Origin: Escherichia phage vB_EcoM-G3G7
Length of the DNA: 64,000 nt
Sequence record: MZ234040.1
Strand: one strand, 5' to 3'
Part shown: positions 29,693 through 40,100 of the stretch, piece after piece
Layout of the letters: each line of letters begins with the position of its first letter
Numbering within the stretch: position 1 is the stretch's first letter
The notes under the pieces: generated by a model
What the model was told of the DNA's origin: nothing
Databases searched by the model: none
What the model saw: the letters and a program-made list of their open reading frames with translations, nothing else
Translations under genes and position numbers: made by a program

Positions 29693-29894
29693 TTCAAAAT
29701 CTGATTATTTTAATTCTCTCAATGATAAAGATAAAAATCTAATACGGCATTTTATCGTTGAGATGGGATATACTGATACACGTGATTTAAGAGAACATAT
29801 ATTTGAATGTGGTGTAGCTAAAAAGTTTTCATTCACATGCAAATGTTTAAGAGAGGTAATTCAGCACTATGAACAATTTAGTCGCAAAGCATAA
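29676..29894 (+). CDS. Hypothetical protein, 72 aa
   Basis: ORF only. Confidence 0.35.
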   Translation: MAREINSKSDYFNSLNDKDKNLIRHFIVEMGYTDTRDLREHIFECGVAKKFSFTCKCLREVIQHYEQFSRKA

Positions 29895-29977
29895 TTTTAA
29901 TAAAGCTTCTGTTCATAAGGATAAGAAGAAAGCGTTTAAAGAATCTAATCGCAAACAGAAACATAAGGGGAAGGTCT

Positions 29978-30256
29978 ATGATTATTGATTCTCAGTCCGT
30001 GGTTCAATACACAATCAAAATTGATATTCTAGAAAAGCTATATAAGTTTCTACCAAATTTATACCACTCAATTGTTAATGAATTAGTTGAAGAACTACAT
30101 CTTGAGAATAATGATTTCTTGATTGGAACTTATAAAGACCTCTCAAAAGCAGGATATTTTTACGTAATTCCAGCTCCAGGAAAAAGTATTGATGATGTAT
30201 TAGAAACTATAATGATTTATGTCCATGATTACGAAATTGAAGATTATTTCGAATGA
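29978..30256 (+). CDS. arn: Arn-like anti-restriction protein (inhibitor of McrBC in T4)
   Basis: 92 aa as T4 Arn; position between motA and asiA. Confidence 0.55.
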   Translation: MIIDSQSVVQYTIKIDILEKLYKFLPNLYHSIVNELVEELHLENNDFLIGTYKDLSKAGYFYVIPAPGKSIDDVLETIMIYVHDYEIEDYFE

Positions 30257-30405
30257 GTCATAATCTTGAAATGGTAATCGAGCATAATGTAGCTCAGGAA
30301 CGCGAGTCGTTCAAGGAATTCGTAGAAAAAATTTTTGAAGAAAATAACACAGACCAGTTTACAAATCAAGCGTCTGATGATATTATAATAAAGTCAACTA
30401 ATTGA
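30253..30405 (+). CDS. Small acidic hypothetical protein, 50 aa
   Basis: ATG overlapping the arn stop; below ORF-track cut-off. Confidence 0.3.
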   Translation: MSHNLEMVIEHNVAQERESFKEFVEKIFEENNTDQFTNQASDDIIIKSTN

Positions 30406-30417
30406 GTGGTATAGTTA

Positions 30418-30690
30418 ATGAATAAAAACATTGATACAGTTCGTGAAATTATTACTGTTGCATCTATTTTGATTAAATTTTCCAGAGAAGATATTGTTGA
30501 GAATCGTGCTAATTTTATTGCATTTCTTAATGAGATTGGAGTAACGCATGAAGGTAGAAAGTTAAATCAGAATTCATTTCGTAAAATTGTTTCTGAATTA
30601 ACTCAAGAAGATAAGAAAACCCTCATCGACGAATTCAACGAGGGTTTTGAGGGTGTATATCGATATCTAGAAATGTATACGAACAAATAA
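30418..30690 (+). CDS. asiA: Anti-sigma70 factor AsiA
   Basis: 90 aa as T4 AsiA. Confidence 0.85.
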   Translation: MNKNIDTVREIITVASILIKFSREDIVENRANFIAFLNEIGVTHEGRKLNQNSFRKIVSELTQEDKKTLIDEFNEGFEGVYRYLEMYTNK

Positions 30691-31347
30691 TTATTTAGCC
30701 CTTCCTAATATTCTGGCCGCCTGAGCACATATTGATTCAAGGCGGTCATTACTTATATGATCATTTCTATACCAGTACATGGTTATCGTTCCAGCATAGA
30801 TATTATCCAAATTAAAATATGGACAACTGTACATGTAGTTTATTTCGGGAGTAGGCTTTTTAGTTGGTAAAAAAGCAAATTTTGAGTCGGAATAATAATG
30901 ACGTCCATTTAAATGAACTGTATATTCATCCATAGTTTTATCAACAGGATATCCTCCAAGTGATTTTTCACTTATTGTTGAAGGTAATTTTCCTTCATAT
31001 GCTATAATATCAACAAAATAGTTTAAGTTTTTAGGGCGGAAAGAATACACCGCACTAAAGTCTGCCTCAGATGATATATGAACTATCTGGAGTTGTTCCA
31101 GGGCGACAGATTCAAAGCGTGCATTTCTTTCCTTTTCAATAATTTCACTGTATGTTTCATACTTTGATTGCTTATAGTACTCAAAGAAACTATCTCCCCT
31201 ATACCAAACAATCGCCATCATAAATAAAAGAATTACGACAGCTACCCGGGAAGCAAGAACTTTCCCGGTAGCGTTATCTTTGAACAAGCGATCTAGAACA
31301 CCAAATAGAATATCAGAGGGCGAAAATGATATTCTAGGTGCTGCCAT
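30691..31347 (-). CDS. t: Holin T
   Basis: 218 aa as T4 holin; single transmembrane segment; strong SD AAGGAGGG. Confidence 0.85.
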   Translation of the reverse strand: MAAPRISFSPSDILFGVLDRLFKDNATGKVLASRVAVVILLFMMAIVWYRGDSFFEYYKQSKYETYSEIIEKERNARFESVALEQLQIVHISSEADFSAVYSFRPKNLNYFVDIIAYEGKLPSTISEKSLGGYPVDKTMDEYTVHLNGRHYYSDSKFAFLPTKKPTPEINYMYSCPYFNLDNIYAGTITMYWYRNDHISNDRLESICAQAARILGRAK

Positions 31348-31378
31348 AGACCCTCCTTTTAGGGGTATTTATTCAAAA

Positions 31379-32176
31379 TTATACTCTTGGACCATATATT
31401 ACTCCAACATTTTGCCAAGTTGGAGCAGATCCTATGACAGCATAACCTGCTGCTCCTCCTGCACCAACCTTTAGAACTTTACCACCATCAGACCAGGCAT
31501 TTTGTCCATTTCCTCCGGCATCGCCGCCCTGGCCAGAGTGAGCATTTCCGTATTGGTAACCACCTCCTGGGGCGACGTATGAAGCTGCGCCACCTGAGTA
31601 ACCACCGCCACCACCTGGGCCAAATGGTCTTCCGCCGCCACCACCAATATCTTGCCAGTCTGCCCCTGAGTGAACACGGTAAGCAATGCCGCCACCACCG
31701 CCTCCGCCACCACAGATTACTCCACCATTGTTAATTCTTAATCGTCCACCAATGTCGTTTTGAATACAATGCCCGCCTTGTTGTCCATTACCATCTCCAC
31801 CGGAATGAGTCCATCCACCTTGTCCACCTCTACCCCACATATGAGCGCCAATAATATTTAACTGAACATATTCATTTGGTGTATCTCCGTACATGAAGAA
31901 TAAAGGAACATCTTTAGAATATGATACTAAATCACCTGTAATATTAAACACTATAGGTGCATTACCTGCCTCAAAACATCTATCTCGGAACCATTGACCA
32001 TTGAAGTTATGGTCTGCTCCAAGCGTGTGAATAATTTCTCGTGAGCGACCTGCAAATTGACTCATCCAGCAAGGAACACCCAATCTTAATTGACCAGCCG
32101 CTTGACTCATCCAGCGCTGTCCTGTTTCATTTGCGGCTGAACTTCCAATCCAACCAGGAACACCAACTACTGCCAT
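31379..32176 (-). CDS. 38: Tail-fibre tip adhesin gp38, T2-type with glycine-rich motifs
   Basis: 265 aa; poly-Gly islands ([20 protein letters not shown]) separating variable segments; directly downstream of gene 37. Confidence 0.8.
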   Translation of the reverse strand: MAVVGVPGWIGSSAANETGQRWMSQAAGQLRLGVPCWMSQFAGRSREIIHTLGADHNFNGQWFRDRCFEAGNAPIVFNITGDLVSYSKDVPLFFMYGDTPNEYVQLNIIGAHMWGRGGQGGWTHSGGDGNGQQGGHCIQNDIGGRLRINNGGVICGGGGGGGGIAYRVHSGADWQDIGGGGGRPFGPGGGGGYSGGAASYVAPGGGYQYGNAHSGQGGDAGGNGQNAWSDGGKVLKVGAGGAAGYAVIGSAPTWQNVGVIYGPRV

Positions 32177-32192
32177 AATTTATACTCCAAAG

Positions 32193-32207
32193 GGGGCATT
32201 TCCCCCT
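32193..32207 (-). terminator. Short hairpin between genes 37 and 38
   Basis: ggggg-aaatg-ccccc on the minus-strand transcript; no clear U-tract. Confidence 0.3.
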
Positions 32208-34464
32208 TGTTGTTAGAATTTAAAATATTTACTAATTTTGCGAGCAATTTTAGTAAAGAAAGGAGTTTTCAATTCTTTAATTTCTTCACTCATTTCCTGA
32301 ATAGCCTTAATTAAAAGAGCATTCACAGCAGAGTTAGAAATTGTCAGAACATCAGATCCATCAACTTCAACTTTAGATACAGCTTCCGGTAATTCCTTTT
32401 CAAGGTCCTGAGCAATAATACCAACTTCACGTTTAATAACACTACGGTCTTTAATAGACTTAACTTTATCGTAAATATAAACTTTCAGTCGACATACTTT
32501 TTCAAGTGCTCCGTTTTCTAGCTCTTTTTTATTAATCTTAAGACGACCATCGGAACGAATATACACATCGTTAAAGTTACCATTACCAGGAGAATAGAAA
32601 GTACCGTCGTAATGAAATTCAAATACCGCGTTAGGGTGTCCAGCCGCTGGTGATGCCTCCGCAGATCCAACACGAATAATTGCTTGCCCCCAATTGTTAG
32701 GGACACGACGAATACCAAGATCGACGGCAGTTACAAACCCTTGATTGGTGATTACACTTCTTCCTTTGAGAATCGGATAATAACAATCCTGTGAAACATA
32801 ACCATGATCGACGAATATTGGTGCTTCTACTCGCCATTGGTTGCCCCAATCACCCGGTTGTCTAGCAATCCATCCAGAACCGTTAATGTGTACACGATCG
32901 CGGTTAACGTTAACCATTGCGATATTTTGTGGATTTAGCGAAATCTCACCATTGTTTGTGATATGTACTGCCGCCTGAGTAGCATAGCTATAAAATGCTA
33001 GCGAATTATCAGCACCACCCTTACCAATATACCAGTTACCACTCCCGTCTACGTCACCACGAATATGCAAAGCATTACCAGCAGTTGTTGATAATACAAT
33101 AGAATCACCCGGACGTTTAATAATCAATCTACCTTCGGATTCAATTTCACCAAAAAATTTAGTCTTAATTGCACCAGTCGCTAAAGTACGTTCAGTGGAA
33201 AAATGAACGCCTTTGCTGTCTTCTAACTGAATAATGTTATCGCGCGCATTATTACTATCACCCCAATGATTAAACCGGAAATAATCACGTGATTGCTTAC
33301 CACCCGCTTCAAACGTCAGCGTACCTTTACTTAAATTAACATCACCGCTAAAGGTAGCAGCAAGAGAATCACGTTCTAATTTTAAAACGTTAGCACCACT
33401 AGTACCACCTAAAGTAACATCACCAGTTCTCAATTCATAACGGAAAGGTCTATTTGTATTATAGTTTCCATTTTGATCATCTTCGTTGGTGGAAAGAATA
33501 TAAAGATTCTCTCCATAAGTACGGAAAATTGTACCAAAATTTCCGGCATACATACGGAATGCATTAGATGAGCGAAATTTAACTTCTGTTTTAAAAGTGG
33601 TAGTGTTATTAAGGTTAACAGTAGAGTTAAAATTGGTAGGAGCACCGAAGTTAACTGCGCCATTAAAATCTTGTTGAGCTGTCCATGTGTGGCGACCATC
33701 TTCAAGAACAACACGGCGGACTGTGCAAGTTCTATTTCCAGAATTACCGAACACACGAACGACAAAATAACGGTAGTTTGTCTGGGATACAGTACCGCGC
33801 CAAACCTGAACAGTACGCCCTGTGCTAGTGTGTTCGCTAGGACCAACGGAAAACATAACCAGGTTTCCGTCAATCGTCCCCCAATCCATATTTGCTGGCA
33901 TATTCTTTATTTTGTTCAAAGGAACACTAAACATACTACCAGGGACAAAATCAAAGGTTTGCCAATCTAGCTCCGCTAATTGAGTTTTAATACCACCCAT
34001 ACCCAAAGTAATTGGCAAAGAGTAAGATGTATATACTTCGTTCCATGTACCCCACGCGCCACCGGTATATGCACGCTCAAAAATACGATCGCGAGTAGTT
34101 GCACCCGTTCCGGCAGTAGTAAATTTTTGGAAAATAGCACCGCCAGAAGCACGCTGTTTAACTTCCAGCAAACCAACAATAACAGTCGGCAAACCTTCAC
34201 CGGTAGGACAGTTAATAACGGCATCAGTGCCTAAAATATTATATAACCCAGGAGTTTTAAAATCATTCAGATCTCCATCATAGAAAGTCGCTGGTGTGAC
34301 ATTACCGACTTGTTGCCACGGTCCCCATTTAGGCGCGGAAGCATCCCACGCGGCAGCAAGACAACGAGTATATACAACACCAAATCTGGTTGTATATCTT
34401 TGTGTACGAGAATAGTTTCCACCTTCATATACTTCCAAAAGACCTTGAGCTGACGACCCCTTTT

Positions 34465-34591
34465 CTGGGAAATTTCTGTCAAAGGTAGCAATGGAATTTG
34501 AACTATTTCGCCACAAACCAAAGTGTTCAGCGCCTCCTAGATCATTAAGATCAATTGTTGTTGACAGTGGACGAGTACCGGATTGAATATT
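34465..34591. repeat. Tandem direct repeat, unit 1 (127 bp)
   Basis: Exact copy of 34592-34718. Confidence 0.9.
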
Positions 34592-34718
34592 CTGGGAAAT
34601 TTCTGTCAAAGGTAGCAATGGAATTTGAACTATTTCGCCACAAACCAAAGTGTTCAGCGCCTCCTAGATCATTAAGATCAATTGTTGTTGACAGTGGACG
34701 AGTACCGGATTGAATATT
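34592..34718. repeat. Tandem direct repeat, unit 2 (127 bp)
   Basis: Exact copy of 34465-34591; boundaries share TTC microhomology with flanks. Confidence 0.9.
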
Positions 34719-35335
34719 TCGCCACACACTCCACGGACCATTTACTCCGTTCCATGTAGCAGTCAAGGAACGAATATAAACATTTCCGTATCTAGTTGTA
34801 TATCTCTGAGTACCAGCAAATTGACCGGCCACAAATACTTCTAGCACACCTACAGCATTTTCTTCTGGAAATTTATTTGCTGGTTGAGCGTTGGTTGAAG
34901 TTGCTTTCGACCAAACTCCAAGATATTCTTCAACAGGCCCATACGTATCTAAATTAGCATCAGTAGGTAATTCGCCATTATTTTTTATAAATGTTGTGCT
35001 ATTGACATTTATGTCAGATGGAGTTAGCGTGATATCTTTTGACCCATCAAAGGATATACCATTAATTTTTCGTGCTGTTTTTAATTTCGTTGCAGTTGCA
35101 GCGTTACCTGTTAAATTTCCAATTATATTTCCATTAACAGTTAAAGAACCATCAATTGTTCCTCCATATTTTAAACCTAATTCTATAACACTACCTGAGT
35201 CATCTTTTGTGAAAATTGTTTTATCTTTTAAGTTTATAGCCAATTCACCTTCGGCTAATACTGAAGCTGCAGGACGTTGACCTGCAATTTTGCTTCTTTT
35301 AAATTGTATTTGTTTTAAAGTAGCCATAAGTCCTC

Positions 35336-35986
35336 TTAATAATAGCCGAAATCTTGAACAGAATCTTTAATTACGATTTGGTCAAATCGTGGAACGTGTG
35401 AAGGTTGAGATGCAGGATTCTGTGAAAAAAGGTTTGGCGCAGTTAAATTTCCTGTCATAGTGTCTCCAGAGCGTAATACCCTAGAGTTTGCATTTGCTGT
35501 AACAGTATTTATTGCTCCATCAACATAATCTTTGCGAGTAACATCAGATGCTGCGGAAGGAGTAGATGTAACAGTTACCGATGGAGCCGTTACAGCCCTG
35601 GTAAATGTTGTCAAACCTTCTGGCGTAATAGTAATTTGTCCAGTAGTGATTTCACTACCTGCTGGTCTAAAACTAATACCGCCAGAAGAGCCACCAACTA
35701 CAAGAGTATTACCAGTGCCGCCACCAGAACGAATTCGGATAGGGGTTTCATTATTACTTAATTGAAGATAACTATTTACCCCGTAATTAATAGTAATTGG
35801 ACCGGCGTAAGTACCACCATTAGCTTTAGAAACGAAATCGTTATCAGCTGCCTGCGGTTTATTATATTCTGAATATATTTTAAATGATTTGTAGAGTACA
35901 TCGTCACCGGCTGAATTCAATGGAAAATTTCCTTGATGCCAAATGACAGATCCACCCACAGTTGAACCTACTTTTAAATCAGCCAT
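35336..35986 (-). CDS. 36: Long tail fibre distal connector gp36
   Basis: 216 aa; position between genes 35 and 37. Confidence 0.8.
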   Translation of the reverse strand: MADLKVGSTVGGSVIWHQGNFPLNSAGDDVLYKSFKIYSEYNKPQAADNDFVSKANGGTYAGPITINYGVNSYLQLSNNETPIRIRSGGGTGNTLVVGGSSGGISFRPAGSEITTGQITITPEGLTTFTRAVTAPSVTVTSTPSAASDVTRKDYVDGAINTVTANANSRVLRSGDTMTGNLTAPNLFSQNPASQPSHVPRFDQIVIKDSVQDFGYY

Positions 35987-36009
35987 TATATGCCCCTTTA
36001 TTTTAATAT

Positions 36010-36017
36010 TATTTATA
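36010..36017 (-). promoter_or_regulatory. Late promoter TATAAATA upstream of gene 36
   Basis: TATAAATA on the minus strand about 25 nt upstream of the gene 36 ATG. Confidence 0.5.
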
Positions 36018-36020
36018 AAG

Positions 36021-36043
36021 AAAAAGGGAACCCGAAGGCTCCC
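36021..36043 (-). terminator. Intrinsic terminator after gene 35
   Basis: Minus-strand hairpin gggagcc-uucg-gguuccc followed by U-run. Confidence 0.5.
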
Positions 36044-36048
36044 TCAGT

Positions 36049-37164
36049 TTAAACTTCTCTAAATTCCTGTCCAAACACTTTGCCAGTTTTAGAAGAGGCT
36101 TGTGTAGGAAGTACCATTATATCTGGAGGTGAAGCCGATTCACAGACATAATTAACGCGAATACCGTTGACGCCAAATTCGGCAGGTTTTGAAATGCCGC
36201 CATTTCTTGATACTTCAGAAAAACTTAAATTTCTCATGCCGCCTTGACCTGCTTGAGCAGTTCTTTGTGCATATATCGTAAATCCTACGGCGTTTTCTGG
36301 AACAACTACATAGTCTTCTTTTAATTCCCAAGACCCAGCTTGCCCAGTAAACTCAGCTTGGGTCGAGGAAATATATCCATTTGATGCATCATAAAAACGA
36401 ATGGATATGTTTGTAGTTCCAAGATCAAGTAAATCAGCATCAGCATATAACTGTGCTTTAAGATAAAGAACATCACCAGGAATTAAATTATAGTCAGAAA
36501 GTTTACTTATAGCAGCTGAAGTTGGCAATCGCGCAATTTCGTTATTAGTTCCACCAACTGCTGACATGAATTGCTCGACACTTTCATAAGTTCTTTTTGG
36601 AAATCCTGTCGCTCCGACGTCTTCTAAACTATCAAATACAACATCTAAAATAGTTTGATAATCATCTGTGCTTTTTCTATTACTTAGTTTAACATGCTCT
36701 AATGCAATAGCTCTTTTAGAAGAAGTATAAAAAGCAGCATATGATACGTCAAATCTTGACAATACTGAATCTGATGGAAAAACTGAAGTTCCTGCTCCCC
36801 TTAACCAAGATACCACTTCAGGAGGAAAATTAACCTTTCCGCTAGTTAATATAGCAACAAGTCTATTGTTTGACAAAGAATTCATGAAACTAACAAAAGC
36901 AGCTGATGTAGTATTATTTGAAGTAGAAAAAGCATATGACTTACTATCAACTAATGCTCCTGTAGAAGGGTCAAAAACTCTTAAATGAAGACCTGCACTA
37001 AATGTTTGATTTCCAACGGGATTATCCTGAAATTTAACATATGGCCCCGCAGTAGAAAGCGGGCAAGAACCCGCTATGCTTATTTTATATCTTACTGAAT
37101 TGCTTTCCGATAAAAATGGCGTTTGGACATATCCTTGTCCAAACTCTGCCATAAATTTTTCCAT
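36049..37164 (-). CDS. 35: Long tail fibre proximal connector (hinge) gp35
   Basis: 371 aa; directly downstream of gene 34. Confidence 0.8.
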   Translation of the reverse strand: MEKFMAEFGQGYVQTPFLSESNSVRYKISIAGSCPLSTAGPYVKFQDNPVGNQTFSAGLHLRVFDPSTGALVDSKSYAFSTSNNTTSAAFVSFMNSLSNNRLVAILTSGKVNFPPEVVSWLRGAGTSVFPSDSVLSRFDVSYAAFYTSSKRAIALEHVKLSNRKSTDDYQTILDVVFDSLEDVGATGFPKRTYESVEQFMSAVGGTNNEIARLPTSAAISKLSDYNLIPGDVLYLKAQLYADADLLDLGTTNISIRFYDASNGYISSTQAEFTGQAGSWELKEDYVVVPENAVGFTIYAQRTAQAGQGGMRNLSFSEVSRNGGISKPAEFGVNGIRVNYVCESASPPDIMVLPTQASSKTGKVFGQEFREV

Positions 37165-37172
37165 AATACCTC

Positions 37173-40100
37173 TTATTCAATCCACTCAAATTTAACAGTT
37201 TTATTCACTGGGTCAGGAATAATGCGAACATTACCAATTCGCAAGAAATCGCGAATAGTAAGATTACCTATTATTCCATTATCAGATGGGATCGCTCCTA
37301 TATCTGAAGGTTGAGGAGGGTTACCTCCGTCAAATACCTGAACAAAACTTGACCAAGAGTTTTTGGTTTTCTGCCATGTACGTGTCCAGCGAGTGGTACG
37401 TGCTTCTGGGGTCGTTGGATAAGTAATCCAATCTTGGTAAAGTGAATCAAGTGTGTTACCAAACTGAGTCAATGTACCAGGAGATTTAACTTCTTCACCA
37501 CGTTCTAAGTATGGAAGTCCAGTCACTTCATTAGTTTTTTCAACCATTTTAAAATAACCCGGGAACTGGTTATAAGTGGCTGAATCATTAATATCGATTG
37601 ACCAGAATCCTACTGTATCAGATGTTGGCGCACGGGTATATAAATCAGAGGTTTTAGTACCCTGAGAACGAATTCTCGAGTTAACAGTCAAACCACCCGA
37701 ACTTATAGTAGCACCTTTTGCAATGATTAAGCTTTCACCAATCGTTACTTGGCCAGATGCATTATTAATAGCTAAAGGACGCAATCCATTAAATCCGCCA
37801 GTTTGATCACCCGATGCAGTAAGCATAAAATTCGTTACTGACCCATCATTGCGAACAATGAAACCATAATTTCCGTTAATAGCACGGAAAGCATTTGCGC
37901 TTCGAGAAATAATTTCACCAGTTGCAGTGACTGAATTACCAAATGTTGCTACACCATTTGCATTCAATGTTCCTGAAGCATTAACATTTATCGGTGTTAC
38001 TGTACCGTTGATATTAAATGTTATATTTCCAGCTTTATTACGCTGAGAATAAAAATGACTAGACGTTTCATCACTAACTTCAAATACGGTAGAACGTGTT
38101 GTGTCTGATTCCCCACTAAATTGATTTCCCCACACTCTGACTGTCATCGTTTGAGCCGGGTTTGTTCCAGTTTGAGGTCCTTTCTCAAAAATCAGACGAG
38201 TTGCCGTTCCAGTATTAGAAATAGTTAATGTACTATTTGCTGAAACTGATCCACCGAATGTAGCAGTACTAGATGATACAAGAGGGGCACTCAGATTCGT
38301 TTGTTGGGTTAAGGTTAGTGAACCATTAACTGTTTGTGCAATGTCCCTACGAATGAACTGGAGCGAATCTAGACCATCTAATAAATTACTATCTACAGCT
38401 TTTGCTTTTAATGGCAAATAATTTGCTAATACGCGATTTAATTCATATGGTGATACTGCATAACCATTTTTCTCATATGATTCTAATGGCTGTGTTGAAC
38501 CTACCGTATCATTACCAACAAACGTTAATGAACCAGAAGAAGTTTTAACAAACCCTCTTATCAGAGTAGTTGCTGCCCAAGTTGGTTCACTCTGCACAAT
38601 CCATTTTAAATTTTTTGGAGATACAGCAGTATTTGCTGACGTTCCAGTCACAGTTTCAGACTGAGTTGCAACTTTAATAACACCTTCTTGCGATTCGGTA
38701 GATTTAGTACCTAAAAGCTTTTTAGGAGTTATTAAAACATTATCTAATGTTCCTGCAGCAGCTTCAACTTGTGTAGCTACACGAAGTGTACCACGCTGTG
38801 TCTCATTTGCTTCAAGAATATTAAGGGTATAATGGTCCCAGAGAGTTCCTGATTCAACTAATCCAGATAGAGCAACAACAGAAGTACGATCAGTACTATT
38901 AAATCTGGTTTTAATTTTTAATGGTGTAGAGATACGAGTATCGTCGACGCCTGCGTCGAATTCAACTTGCGTAGCAATTTCAGCTATACCACTTAAACTT
39001 TCAGTTGCTCTACGGTCATTTAAAGTTTTAGGAGTGACTGCACGAGTATAGTCAGTTCCTGTATTAACTTCACTTTGCGTAGCAATTTCAATTAAACCAA
39101 TTCTTCCATCAGTTGATGTCTTTTTATGTAACGTTTCTGGCGTTACAACCGCATTTGCCCATCCTTCTTGGCTTTGTCCAGCAATTACTTCACTTTCAAC
39201 TGCTAAAATTACTGCGCCTTGTTGCGTTGGAGTAGCTTTATACTGATCCAAAGCTTTAGGTGAAACAACTAAATTATTAGTGTTTTTATTATAAACATTC
39301 GTACCATTTAATTCACGACTAGAAGCTGGAGTAGCTCCTGCGGTAGATACAAAAGTTACAATACCCGATAATGTTTCAGAACCTTGACGAGCTTGAAGCT
39401 TTTTAGGAGTGATGATTGTAGTATCATCAGTACCTGTATTAGTTTCCTGCTGCGTAGCAATTTCAGCGACACCTCTGCGAGTTTCTGTAGCAGTTCTTTC
39501 ATTCAGCTTTTTAGGAGTGATGATAAGGTCATCTGCAAAAGAGAATGTGGTGTTCTGATTCACTTGAGCAGTAGTTGCTATTCTTGCAATACCTCTGCGA
39601 GTTTCTGTAGCAGTACGATTAGCTAACGTTTCTGGAGTAATTGCCAATTCTTTTTGCGGAGAATTTTCTAAATCAGCATTTGCTTGAGCTTGTGTAGCTA
39701 AAGCAATTACGCCTAATCTTGCTCTAGTAGAATTATTTAAAGAATCGACTCTTTCAACTGTTGGAACGTTTTGCTGTACAACCCAGTATTTTCCATCAGA
39801 ATCTTCTATATAAGCAAGTTGCAAAACTGGTACATAATTAGTTTCACCGTTAAAAACTAATTCTTGAACTGTTACCCATTCAGCTTCAGGCGGATATTCT
39901 GAACGTTTTGGGAATTGCAGCAATTGAACTGAAGAAGCAATTTTATCTTCACCAGCAGCTTTGATTTTAACTGTTTGTCCTTTTCTCATGTAATTCATGG
40001 AAATTTTAACAGTATCACCAACAGAAATATCAGTCGGAAGCTGAAGTTCAATTGTTTGGGTTGTTCCATTATTCGCGCCAAATACCATGACTTCTTCATT

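Larger units (their letters stand above)
32213..35327 (-). pseudogene. 37: Long tail fibre distal subunit gene 37, reading frame interrupted by a 127-bp exact tandem duplication
   Basis: N-terminal ORF 34551-35327 (258 aa, starts [16 protein letters not shown] like T4 gp37) and C-terminal ORF 32213-34648 (811 aa) both encode [43 protein letters not shown]; removing one repeat gives a single ORF of about 995 aa. Confidence 0.75.

Noticed and set aside
31280-31713. ORFs 31280-31474 (+) and 31471-31713 (-) overlapping holin t and gp38
   Set aside because: Overlap confidently assigned genes in other frames; in gp38 they derive from the Gly-rich GGN repeats.
32177-32184. TATAAAT motif immediately upstream of the gene 38 start codon as a late promoter
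   Set aside because: It abuts the ATG, so a transcript initiated from it would lack the RBS and start codon; more likely part of the translation initiation context, with gene 38 co-transcribed with gene 37.
34267-34521. 84-aa minus-strand ORF starting [19 protein letters not shown]
   Set aside because: Out-of-frame reading of the duplicated 127-bp unit inside gene 37; an artefact of the tandem repeat.
33430-35765. Plus- and minus-strand ORFs overlapping tail fibre genes 36/37 (33430-33873, 33671-33970, 33976-34224, 33980-34234, 34891-35280, 35532-35765)
   Set aside because: Alternative-frame or antisense ORFs within long structural genes; composition-driven.
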